Below, piece by piece: positions 47,926-56,268 of a stretch of 64,000 nucleotides of DNA. This stretch comes from Paludibacteraceae bacterium (GTDB lineage Bacteria; Bacteroidota; Bacteroidia; Bacteroidales; Paludibacteraceae): positions 2,973-66,972 of the forward strand of contig JAFPXH010000007.1 of the NCBI GenBank assembly GCA_017394705.1, read 5' to 3'. The notes beneath the pieces were generated by a model. That model worked only from the letters and a program-made list of their open reading frames with translations. It ran no database searches and was not told the DNA's origin. Within the stretch, counting starts at the first letter, position 1. Each line of letters starts with the position of its first letter. The translations under genes were made by a program, and so were the position numbers.

Positions 47926-48117
47926 ATGAAGCACCGCGACAACACATACAGCGAACTCGCCTGCCTGTACAGCATGCGTCCTTTCTTAGGTCGTTTCTTC
48001 AAATCCATCACAGTAAAACTCAACGGCATCCGCATCACCGTCCATAATGCCGCCGAAGCTGATGAAGTCCTCCAAGCGTACCCCGAAATCCTCGCCCAGC
48101 TCGAAGCTGATTCGTGA
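47926..48117 (+). CDS. Hypothetical protein (63 aa)
   Basis: ATG ORF. Its stop abuts repeat module B. Confidence 0.3.
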   Translation: MKHRDNTYSELACLYSMRPFLGRFFKSITVKLNGIRITVHNAAEADEVLQAYPEILAQLEADS

Positions 48118-48420
48118 CCTCTCCGTCTATTAGCCCCGCATCCCATGCGGGTAAGTGTTGTGCACTTCGGTGATGGAGAAGTGCCTTGACTTGGCACTTC
48201 GAACGGAAGGAGCAGCGGGGAGCGTCGCTCCGACCCAGACAACTTGCCGCCGTTATCTTCTTGGTAGTTCCGCCGACTGGCATTCGGCATTATCGTTCGT
48301 CAACTGCGCGTAGCGACAGCTGCGTGTCTCATTTTTGTGTAAAAAACCCTTACATTCCTCACAATTACCCACAAAAATTTGCAAATCCCGAAAATTTTTC
48401 GTACCTTTGCACGCAATTTT
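48118..48420. repeat. Intergenic module B (hairpin, conserved core, promoter cassette)
   Basis: Aligns by eye with 60459..60690 over about 60 plus 180 nt. Has a 72-nt B-specific insert at 48171..48242. Promoter TTTG at 48378 and TACCTTTG at 48402. Confidence 0.85.
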
Positions 48421-48936
48421 ATGGATAACTTCGTAGCCATAGATTTTGAGACCGCCAACGGCAAGAAGTCCAGCATCTGCTCGGTGGGTATTGTCATCGT
48501 CAAAGGCGGCGAGATAGTGGATAACTTCTATTCTCTCGTCAAACCCATGCCTAATTACTACGCATGGTTCTGCCAAGAGGTGCATGGCTTGAATTATGAA
48601 AATACATGCGATGCACAAGAGTTCCCGGACGTGTGGGCTGACGCGCAGCGCAAAATCCACGAGTACTTCCCCTACATCGAGGACGGAGAAGTGCCGTTCG
48701 TCGCCCACAATAAGGCTTTCGACGAGAACTGTTTGAAAGCCGTCTTTGCTGCCTATGATATCGTATACCCGGACTATGAGTTTGAATGCACCTTGCTAAA
48801 GTCTCGCAAGGTATGGCCGGAAGGACATCACAACTTGGATATCATAGCCGGTTATTGTGGCTACGACCTCCAGAACCATCACCACGCGCTGGCCGATGCC
48901 GAAGCCTGTGCAGTTATTGCTAAACAAATATTATGA
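48421..48936 (+). CDS. DEDDh 3'-5' exonuclease (DnaQ/epsilon-like), paralog 2
   Basis: AIDFET, VAHNKAFDENCL, HHALADAEA. Start at MDNF (internal ATG of ORF 48379..48936, downstream of the -7 box). Confidence 0.85.
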   Translation: MDNFVAIDFETANGKKSSICSVGIVIVKGGEIVDNFYSLVKPMPNYYAWFCQEVHGLNYENTCDAQEFPDVWADAQRKIHEYFPYIEDGEVPFVAHNKAFDENCLKAVFAAYDIVYPDYEFECTLLKSRKVWPEGHHNLDIIAGYCGYDLQNHHHALADAEACAVIAKQIL

Positions 48937-49598
48937 AACAGTTATTATTCACCCTGCTGGCGGCGGCGATGATGATTTCTGCGTCAGCACAACAGAAAGT
49001 GCTCGTGGCGTATTTCTCGTTCACGAATAACACCAAGGCGTATGCCGAGAAGATTACCGCTATCACCGGTGGTGACTTGTACGAGATCGTACCGCAAGTG
49101 GCGTATGGCAGCGAGAACAGCAACTATTACGACGAGACCACACGTGCCTACAAGGAGCAGTATAACACCGGTGGCGAGCAACGTCCTGCCATCCATGCGA
49201 CGCTGACCAATGCGGCGCAGTACGATGTCGTTTTCCTCGGCAGTCCGATATGGTACAGCAAGTCGCCTCGCGTCATTCTGACGTTCCTGGACACGTACGG
49301 CTTTGCAGGCAAGACAATCGTGCCGTTCGTGACCTCGGCTTCGACGGGTATCACCAAGGTCAACGAGGAACTGCCGGCCACCTATCCGAATATCTATTGG
49401 ATAGAAGGCAGACGACTGAATGGCGTGTCCGATGCCGATTTGCAGACATGGGTACAAGGTGTGCTGGAGTCCGCAACAGGCATGGAGGATGTGCAAACCA
49501 CTCAGTCCGACGCGCCTGCTTACACTATGTCCGGCCAGCAAGCACCAGAAGGTTACAAAGGTGTGGTGATACAGAATGGAAAGAAACAAATCAAATAA
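48933..49598 (+). CDS. Flavodoxin-like protein with a signal peptide
   Basis: MKQLLFTLLAAAMMISASAQQ, then the flavodoxin-like KVLVAYFSFTNNTK. ATGA overlap with the exonuclease stop. Confidence 0.65.
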   Translation: MKQLLFTLLAAAMMISASAQQKVLVAYFSFTNNTKAYAEKITAITGGDLYEIVPQVAYGSENSNYYDETTRAYKEQYNTGGEQRPAIHATLTNAAQYDVVFLGSPIWYSKSPRVILTFLDTYGFAGKTIVPFVTSASTGITKVNEELPATYPNIYWIEGRRLNGVSDADLQTWVQGVLESATGMEDVQTTQSDAPAYTMSGQQAPEGYKGVVIQNGKKQIK

Positions 49599-49609
49599 CA
49601 ATAAATACT

Positions 49610-50773
49610 ATGCAAAACTTTGATTACAAGACCCCGACACGCCTGATTTTCGGCAAAGGTGTCATCGTGAAACTGCCGGAAGTGATGAGTGCTTTCGGTA
49701 AGAAAATCCTCCTCACCTACGGCGGAGGCAGTATTAAAAAGATCGGTCTCTACGATCAGGTTCGTGAGTTGCTCAAGGACTTTGAGATTATCGAACTGAG
49801 CGGTATTCAGCCGAACCCGAAATACGACCCGTCTGTGCTGGACGGCGTACGTTTGTGCAAGGAGCATAAGATTGACGTCATCCTCTCCGTCGGCGGCGGT
49901 TCGGTGCTCGACTGCTCGAAAGCCATCGCAGCCGGTGCTTGCTACGACGGCGACCCGTGGGACCTCATCTCCTACAAGGTCAAAGCCCAAGCTGCGCTGC
50001 CTATCGTGGACATTCTCACACTGGCTGCCACCGGTTCAGAGTACGATGCCGCCAGTGTCATCTCGCGCACCGAGACCAACGACAAGATTGGTTATATTGA
50101 CCCCGTGGTTTATCCGCACACCTCGATTCTGGACCCGACCTACACCTTCACCGTCAGCCGCAAACAGACCGCAGCGGGTATTGCTGACGCTATGAACCAT
50201 GTCATGGAGCAGTATTTCACCGAAGACACGACGCTGCTCAATGACGGTTTCTGCGAGTCGATGTTCCGTAGCCTCATGGCCAACGGTCGCAAGTGCATTG
50301 ACAACCCTGAAGACTACACGGCACGTGCGGAGATGATGCTCGCTTGCTCCTACGGCTGCAACGGTATCCTCGCGCTCGGTAACAGTCCTTCCGGCTGGCC
50401 TTGCCACGGTATCGAACATGCCTTGTCTGCCTATTACGACATCACCCACGGCGAAGGTCTGGCTATCATCACACCGCGTTGGATGCGGCATATCCTCAAC
50501 GACCATACTCTGCCGCGATTCGTGAAGTACGGCATCAACGTCTTCGGCCTCGACGCCTCACTGCCTGAACGTGAGATAGCCGAGAAGGCCATCGACGCCA
50601 CGTATAAGTTCTTCGAGTCCATCGGCATCCCGATGCACCTGCGCGAAGTAGGTATCGACGATAGCCGCCTCGACGAGATGGCGCACCATATTGCCGTCAA
50701 CGAAGGTCTTGACCACGCCTACGCACCTCTCTCCGAGCAGGATATCAAGGAGATTTTAGTGGCAAGTTTGTAA
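49610..50773 (+). CDS. Iron-containing (group III) alcohol dehydrogenase, butanol-DH/YqhD-like
   Basis: MQNFDYKTPTRLIFGKG, GGGSVLDCSKAIA, HGIEHALSAYYDITHGEGLAI. Internal ATG of ORF 49250..50773. Confidence 0.9.
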   Translation: MQNFDYKTPTRLIFGKGVIVKLPEVMSAFGKKILLTYGGGSIKKIGLYDQVRELLKDFEIIELSGIQPNPKYDPSVLDGVRLCKEHKIDVILSVGGGSVLDCSKAIAAGACYDGDPWDLISYKVKAQAALPIVDILTLAATGSEYDAASVISRTETNDKIGYIDPVVYPHTSILDPTYTFTVSRKQTAAGIADAMNHVMEQYFTEDTTLLNDGFCESMFRSLMANGRKCIDNPEDYTARAEMMLACSYGCNGILALGNSPSGWPCHGIEHALSAYYDITHGEGLAIITPRWMRHILNDHTLPRFVKYGINVFGLDASLPEREIAEKAIDATYKFFESIGIPMHLREVGIDDSRLDEMAHHIAVNEGLDHAYAPLSEQDIKEILVASL

Positions 50774-50783
50774 GATAAGTATT

Positions 50784-51404
50784 ATGAAAAAAATTGGTCT
50801 ATTTTTGTTGAAAAACAACATCCATCTGATGACACTGGTGTTCATTGGGTGTGCTATCTGGGCAGCATGCTGCTGGTCGCAACTGTTGCTCATCCAGAAG
50901 TTAGTAATGGGTATGTTCGCCTTTATGATTGTGCACGAGTACGAAGAAACGATGTCGAAGCCGAACCTCATCGACCTCTTCACACGTGTCACAGGTCTGG
51001 ACGCGCAATCGCTCACACCCGGCAAGGCGCACCTGGCACAAGCGGTGTTTATTGTTGCCCTCTTCGCGATAGCCCTCTTGTTCCCAACTCACATGTGGCT
51101 GGTGTTCCCTGTGTTTATACTGGGTATCTTCGAAGGCTTTGTGCACACGATGGGATCGTTTATCTTTCGTCTCGGCAAACCCTCACCCGGGTGGTACACG
51201 GGTATCCTCATGTGCGCATATAGCATCTGGGCGCTGGTGGTCATCAATCGCAATATAGCTTATGACAACATTCAGTGGCTCTATGCCGCGTTGCTTTATA
51301 TAGTAGCGTTTGCCTTGCTCGAAATATGGTTCCAACACCTCATCGGCAGCAGCCTACCGTTCTTTGCCCGCAAGATGCGTGCGTTTGTGTTTGGGGAAAA
51401 TTGA
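50784..51404 (+). CDS. HXXEE-motif membrane protein
   Basis: HEYEE motif. Polytopic. Confidence 0.55.
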   Translation: MKKIGLFLLKNNIHLMTLVFIGCAIWAACCWSQLLLIQKLVMGMFAFMIVHEYEETMSKPNLIDLFTRVTGLDAQSLTPGKAHLAQAVFIVALFAIALLFPTHMWLVFPVFILGIFEGFVHTMGSFIFRLGKPSPGWYTGILMCAYSIWALVVINRNIAYDNIQWLYAALLYIVAFALLEIWFQHLIGSSLPFFARKMRAFVFGEN

Positions 51405-51408
51405 AATT

Positions 51409-51825
51409 ATGTGGAAAGTATATGCACTTCTATCGGCTCTGTTTGCCGCGCTGACAGCCATTTTCGCCAAAGTGGGAGTGAAAGACATCAACTCTGACCT
51501 GGCTACAGCAATACGGACTACGGTTATTCTTGTACTCACTTGGGGCATCGTCCTCTTCGGGCAACATATCCACGAATTGCGTGAAGTAAGCCGGAACACA
51601 TGGTTGTTCCTGATTCTATCAGGTGTGGCAACCGGATTGTCGTGGTTGTTTTACTTCAAGGCGATACAACTGGGCGACGTGTCTCGCGTGGCACCTATTG
51701 ACAAACTCAGCGTGGTCATCACCATCTTGTTGGCGTTTGTCTTTTTGCACGAAGAAGTGAACTGGCGCGTGATTATAGGAGCACTGTTCATCACCGCAGG
51801 TAGTGTACTGATGTTAATGAAATAA
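51409..51825 (+). CDS. Small EamA/DMT-like transporter (138 aa)
   Basis: 4-5 TM. LSALFAALTAIFAKVG and VAPIDKLSVVITILLAFVFL motifs. Confidence 0.65.
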   Translation: MWKVYALLSALFAALTAIFAKVGVKDINSDLATAIRTTVILVLTWGIVLFGQHIHELREVSRNTWLFLILSGVATGLSWLFYFKAIQLGDVSRVAPIDKLSVVITILLAFVFLHEEVNWRVIIGALFITAGSVLMLMK

Positions 51826-51848
51826 TTAACCCGAAAGAATAAATAATT

Positions 51849-52526
51849 ATGACCCTATTAGAAGCCATCCAAGTCCGCCATAGTGTGCGACAGTATCTTG
51901 ACAAACCCGTTGAGGCTGAAAAAATAGCGCAGTTGCGGGCGTTCATCGACGAGTGTAACCGCAAGGGCGGTCTGCACATGCAGTTGGTAACCGACGAACC
52001 GAAAGCCTTTTCTGAGGGTATGGCCAAGTACGGCAAGTTCAGTGGAATTAGCAACTATATCGCTATGGTTTGCAAGAAAGGAGATGATACCACACTCGGT
52101 TATTATGGCGAGCAAGTGGTGCTTTTGGCGCAGACGCTGGGCTTGAACACCTGTTGGGTGGGACTGACGTTCAGCAAGCAACCGGACAAGTTCGAAGTGC
52201 AAAAAGGCGAACACTTGGTGTGCCTCGTTCCTGTCGGTTACGGAGCCACGCAAGGAGTGCAACATCCCCAGAAAAAGACGATTGATGATGTAGCTGAAGG
52301 CAAACCATTCCTGGATTGGTTCGTGCGTGGTGCAGAAGCAGCACTATTGGCTCCGACGGCAGTCAATCAGCAGTTGTTCCGTTTTATTCTGCATGACGGT
52401 AACAAAGTAGAGGCAAAGAAAGCCTTTTCGCTGACCAACGGTCTCGGCTACGCTCCCATCGACCTTGGAATCGCCAAGTGCCACTTCGAGATTGGTGCCG
52501 GCAAAGAGAATTTCGAGTGGGTATGA
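51849..52526 (+). CDS. Nitroreductase family protein
   Basis: LLEAIQVRHSVRQYLDKPV N-terminus. TCWVGLTF. Confidence 0.8.
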   Translation: MTLLEAIQVRHSVRQYLDKPVEAEKIAQLRAFIDECNRKGGLHMQLVTDEPKAFSEGMAKYGKFSGISNYIAMVCKKGDDTTLGYYGEQVVLLAQTLGLNTCWVGLTFSKQPDKFEVQKGEHLVCLVPVGYGATQGVQHPQKKTIDDVAEGKPFLDWFVRGAEAALLAPTAVNQQLFRFILHDGNKVEAKKAFSLTNGLGYAPIDLGIAKCHFEIGAGKENFEWV

Positions 52527-53821
52527 GAAAACGAATAACAATTATTCTTTTGTGCGCGGCTATGTCAGCGATGGCGCAGGTGACGGACTGGCATAGCCAT
52601 GCTATTCCGGATAGTTATCGGGAGTTGGTGGCGCGACATGGCTCGTTGCTGGATGAGGGTTTTCCGTTGCCGCGATGGTCGGCAGAAGCGCATCTGCAAC
52701 TGATGGACGAAGCCGGGATTGAGACTTCTGTGCTCACGCTGCCGGCTCCGCATCCGTATTGGGGTGACATCGAAGAGACCAAACGCGAGGTGCGCCGATT
52801 GAACGAAGAGATGGCGGAAATCACCAATGACCAATCACCAATCACCAATCACAAATTGGCATTTTGTGCCACTTTGCCATTGCCCGATGTAGATGCGGCG
52901 ATTGCGGAAGCACGTTATGCGATGGATAGTTTGGGCGCTGTGGGTGTTAAGTTGGCGACGAACGTCTATGGGCAGTATTTAGGCGATAGTGTGCTGGACC
53001 CGCTGATGCAGTTTCTCTCCGACCGGCATGCGGTGGTTATTCTGCATCCGCACAAGCCGACACCGGTCAATGCACAAGTGATGCAGCAGACGCCGTTAGC
53101 GATGCAGGAATACCTGTCAGAGACTACGCGTGCCGTGTGTAACATGCTCAGTCGCAACGTGCTGGCGCGTTACCCGAACATGCGCGTCATCGTGCCTCAT
53201 GCAGGTGCGTTTCTGCCGATTGCTATCCCACGCATGCGGTCTCTTTATCCGGTGATGAAGCAGAACGGACTGGTGGGCGAGATAGATTTCGAAGCAAACA
53301 TAGCCTCGTTGTGGTTCGACTTAGCCGGTTCGCCTTCGGACGAGACCGTGCAGGCGCTTCTGACGCTTACCACACGTGACCATTTGCTCTACGGTTCGGA
53401 CTATCCGTACGTTGCCCCGCAAGTGATTAAGAATAATATGGAACGAATGAAGAGTTATATGAAGCCATCAGCTATCAGTAGTCAGTCATCAGACGGTCTC
53501 ATCATCCGTATCGCGGAGATTGAGGTGCATAAGAAGTATCTGAACGAGTACTTAGCCGCTGCGCATGAGGTTGGCGCTACTTCGGTCAAAGAGGAAGAAG
53601 GCGTGATTTGTATCTTCCCGATGCAGGTGAAGGACAAGCCCACAACGATTCGTATCGTGGAGATCTATCGCGATGAAGCGGCGTATCAATCGCACCTGCA
53701 GACGCCCCATTTCCTGGCCTACAAACAAGGTACGCTGCACATGGTCGAGTCGCTTCGCCTCGTTCCCGTCGATGCCCTCGCCCCCGAAGCCATGCCGCTG
53801 ATTTTTGAAAAACTAAAATAA
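52523..53821 (+). CDS. Secreted amidohydrolase-2-like domain fused to an ABM (antibiotic biosynthesis monooxygenase-like) domain
   Basis: Signal peptide, WHSHAIP metal motif, LLYGSDYPY. C-terminal ferredoxin-like IRIVEIYRDEAAYQSHLQTPHF. Confidence 0.7.
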   Translation: MRKRITIILLCAAMSAMAQVTDWHSHAIPDSYRELVARHGSLLDEGFPLPRWSAEAHLQLMDEAGIETSVLTLPAPHPYWGDIEETKREVRRLNEEMAEITNDQSPITNHKLAFCATLPLPDVDAAIAEARYAMDSLGAVGVKLATNVYGQYLGDSVLDPLMQFLSDRHAVVILHPHKPTPVNAQVMQQTPLAMQEYLSETTRAVCNMLSRNVLARYPNMRVIVPHAGAFLPIAIPRMRSLYPVMKQNGLVGEIDFEANIASLWFDLAGSPSDETVQALLTLTTRDHLLYGSDYPYVAPQVIKNNMERMKSYMKPSAISSQSSDGLIIRIAEIEVHKKYLNEYLAAAHEVGATSVKEEEGVICIFPMQVKDKPTTIRIVEIYRDEAAYQSHLQTPHFLAYKQGTLHMVESLRLVPVDALAPEAMPLIFEKLK

Positions 53822-53834
53822 ACAAAGAAATACT

Positions 53835-54350
53835 ATGCAAATCCTTATTTTACAAGGCTCACCGAGAGCCAAAGGTAACACCGCTTGGATGGCGGAAGAG
53901 TTCAAGAACGCAGCCGAAGCAGCAGGTCATCAAGTGACGCTCGTCAACGTGGCACACAAGCATATCGCAGGCTGTCTGGCGTGCGAGTACTGCCACGGCA
54001 AGGGCAACGGAGCGTGCATTCAGAAGGATGATATGCAGGAACTTTATCCGCTGATGGCAGAAGCCGAAGTGCTTGTACTGGCTGCACCTATCTATTACTT
54101 TACGCTCTGCGCACAGATTCAGGCGCCTATCCAGCGTATGTACTGCGTCAATGCACCCGCTAAGGTGAAGAAGATGGCGCTTCTGATGTCCTCGTACTCT
54201 CCCAGCGTTTATGATGGTGCACTCGCCGAGTTCCGCGATATCTGCAACTATTGGCAGGTAGAGAACATCGGTCATGTATCCGCGAAGATCGATGAGCAGA
54301 AGACCGAAGCAACCAAGCAGAAGATTGTGGAATTGGTAGGCAAAATCTAG
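53835..54350 (+). CDS. Flavodoxin-fold NAD(P)H-dependent FMN reductase / iron-sulfur flavoprotein-like
   Basis: ILILQGSPRAKGNT. CLACEYC. LAAPIYYF. Confidence 0.7.
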   Translation: MQILILQGSPRAKGNTAWMAEEFKNAAEAAGHQVTLVNVAHKHIAGCLACEYCHGKGNGACIQKDDMQELYPLMAEAEVLVLAAPIYYFTLCAQIQAPIQRMYCVNAPAKVKKMALLMSSYSPSVYDGALAEFRDICNYWQVENIGHVSAKIDEQKTEATKQKIVELVGKI

Positions 54351-54454
54351 TAGTGACAAGAGTGATTTCCTCCGCTATTCCCCAACTCCTATAACAACGC
54401 AATACGCACGCGTTCTCGCGTGCGTATTGCTATACTCTGATATTCCAATTCTGC

Positions 54455-54856
54455 CTAATAGGGTAGCACTCCTGCCGGATATTCTTTCTCTGCATCGCCA
54501 TACCGAATGGTAAAGCTTGCGAACCGTTCCTCATCCGTGAAATATACCGAAAAATCCTCGTTCTTCTCTACCTTGTGCCACTGCCCGCAACCATGCGGAT
54601 TCTCCACCCAACTCACCACCAGATCAGCTCCGCCACCGCCTTTGACAACATACACCCACACATCAGCCTCATACGGATTACTTACCACTCGCACATTGCC
54701 CCACACCTCAAAACTCCGCGTTTTCATTCCCTCATTCAAGGTATATACGCACCCCGCAACAGGATTAGGACATGGCCCTGTAGCACACATGCGTTCATCC
54801 GCCACTACCATCATCGGCAGCACCACCATACACCATATCACTAACCCCTTTCTCAT
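54455..54856 (-). CDS. Small secreted repeat protein, family member P1 (divergent)
   Basis: Signal peptide MRKGLVIWCMVVLPMMVVA. ADLVVSWV...CGQWHKV core shared with the family. Confidence 0.65.
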   Translation of the reverse strand: MRKGLVIWCMVVLPMMVVADERMCATGPCPNPVAGCVYTLNEGMKTRSFEVWGNVRVVSNPYEADVWVYVVKGGGGADLVVSWVENPHGCGQWHKVEKNEDFSVYFTDEERFASFTIRYGDAEKEYPAGVLPY

Positions 54857-55209
54857 TATCTGTATATTCCGCTTGTTCCGTTCTCAATGAATTTGATTTC
54901 AATATCAGCCGAGCCACTTTCTACGAAACGAACCGTAAAGTCACATGTCCCGGATGTAATCATTTTCCATTCTCCGCACGAAGAAGCAGTGCCATTGTTG
55001 ATAACCTTTACTTCCAGATCGCAACTGCCTCCATTAACTACCTTTACGGTCAAGTCAGCAGAACCAGCCTCCACCACTTTCACTTCCCCGTATAACGGAT
55101 AAGTTTTCCCATCCTTGGTAATGGTACAGTTCTCTTTATCTATCTTCACATCATCGGCAAATGCAACCAATGACATACACGCAAGTATAATTGTTAGTAT
55201 TTGTTTCAT
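54856..55209 (-). CDS. Small secreted repeat protein P2
   Basis: MKQILTIILACMSLVAFA / DDVKIDKENCTITKDGKTYPLYGEV, then SADLTVKVV-type repeats and CGEWKMI. Confidence 0.7.
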   Translation of the reverse strand: MKQILTIILACMSLVAFADDVKIDKENCTITKDGKTYPLYGEVKVVEAGSADLTVKVVNGGSCDLEVKVINNGTASSCGEWKMITSGTCDFTVRFVESGSADIEIKFIENGTSGIYR

Positions 55210-55216
55210 GGCTTTG

Positions 55217-55552
55217 TTATTTTATGCCTGCACCAACATCTGTGATTTCAACCTTAATGTCTGCGCCGACTTCAACTATCTCGACCTTGACATCAGCACC
55301 GACTTTAACAACTTCTACTTTACCGCATGAGTTTGCGCCAACATCTACGAGTTCCACTTTTAGGTCTGCACCGACATTGACAATTTGAACTTTGAAATCT
55401 GCACCGGATTTTACAACTTCTACTTTTCCATATAACGGATAAGTTTTCCCATCCTTGGTAATGGTGCAATTCTCCTTGTCTATCTTCACATCATCCGCCA
55501 CTACCATCATCGGCAGCACCGCCATACACAATATTACGAACCACTTTCTCAT
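55217..55552 (-). CDS. Small secreted repeat protein P3
   Basis: MRKWFVILCMAVLPMMVVA / DDVKIDKENCTITKDGKTYPLYGKV, then 9-aa VGADxKVEx repeats (27-nt DNA period). Confidence 0.7.
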   Translation of the reverse strand: MRKWFVILCMAVLPMMVVADDVKIDKENCTITKDGKTYPLYGKVEVVKSGADFKVQIVNVGADLKVELVDVGANSCGKVEVVKVGADVKVEIVEVGADIKVEITDVGAGIK

Positions 55553-55905
55553 TATCTCAATCCACTTGAACCTTCATCTATAAACTTCACCGTTATATCA
55601 GCCCATCCACTCGTTACTATCTTAACATTGAGGTCAGCAGAACCATTCTCTATGATACGCCACTCACCACAATATGAGGGAGAACCATTCTCCTGCTTCT
55701 TAACCAAAAGATCACTCCAACCATTCTCAACAACTTTCACTACAATATCAGCAGATCCGTATGTATCAACGAATTTCACTTCCCCGTACAACGGATAAGT
55801 CTTCCCGTTTTTCGTAATGGTACAGTTATCCTTGTCGATCTTGACATCATCGGCAAATGCAACCAATGACATGCATGCAAATAATATGGTCAACGCTCTT
55901 TTCAT
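55552..55905 (-). CDS. Small secreted repeat protein P4
   Basis: MKRALTILFACMSLVAFA / DDVKIDKDNCTITKNGKTYPLYGEV. CGEWRII. TAATG overlap with P3. Confidence 0.7.
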   Translation of the reverse strand: MKRALTILFACMSLVAFADDVKIDKDNCTITKNGKTYPLYGEVKFVDTYGSADIVVKVVENGWSDLLVKKQENGSPSYCGEWRIIENGSADLNVKIVTSGWADITVKFIDEGSSGLR

Positions 55906-56255
55906 TCTGTTCTTCTTATGTGGGGATAACTTTCTACCACCTTAACCGTAATATCAGGATAATCATTGTCAATTTTTACACGCAAGTCAGGGTAATATTC
56001 AGACCTTCCGACTATCTTCCATTCGCAACATGAACTACTTGGCGATTCGGTTATCTTGACTTCTATATCAGCGTAGTACTCTACAAATTTAATCGTTATA
56101 TCAGGGTAGTCCTCTACAAAGACCACTTTCCCATACAGCGGATACGTTTTCCCATTCTTCGTAATGATGCAATTCTCCTTGTCGATCTTCACATCATCCG
56201 CCACTACCATCATCGGTAGCACCGCCATACACCATATTGCTAACCACTTTCTCAT
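55902..56255 (-). CDS. Small secreted repeat protein P5
   Basis: Start at MRKWLAIWCMAVLPMMVVA (internal ATG of ORF 55902..56327). YPDITIKFV-type repeats. ATGA overlap with P4. Confidence 0.7.
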   Translation of the reverse strand: MRKWLAIWCMAVLPMMVVADDVKIDKENCIITKNGKTYPLYGKVVFVEDYPDITIKFVEYYADIEVKITESPSSSCCEWKIVGRSEYYPDLRVKIDNDYPDITVKVVESYPHIRRTE

Positions 56256-56268
56256 TGTATTACCCTTT

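Noticed and set aside
48186-48428. ORF 48186..48428 and the tail of ORF 60157..60726 share peptide similarity (LAAVIFLVVPPTG.RH...ARSDSCVSHF).
   Set aside because: The similarity is a by-product of the repeated intergenic DNA module B/C. Both frames run through a promoter cassette and lack sensible starts, so they are not treated as a protein family.
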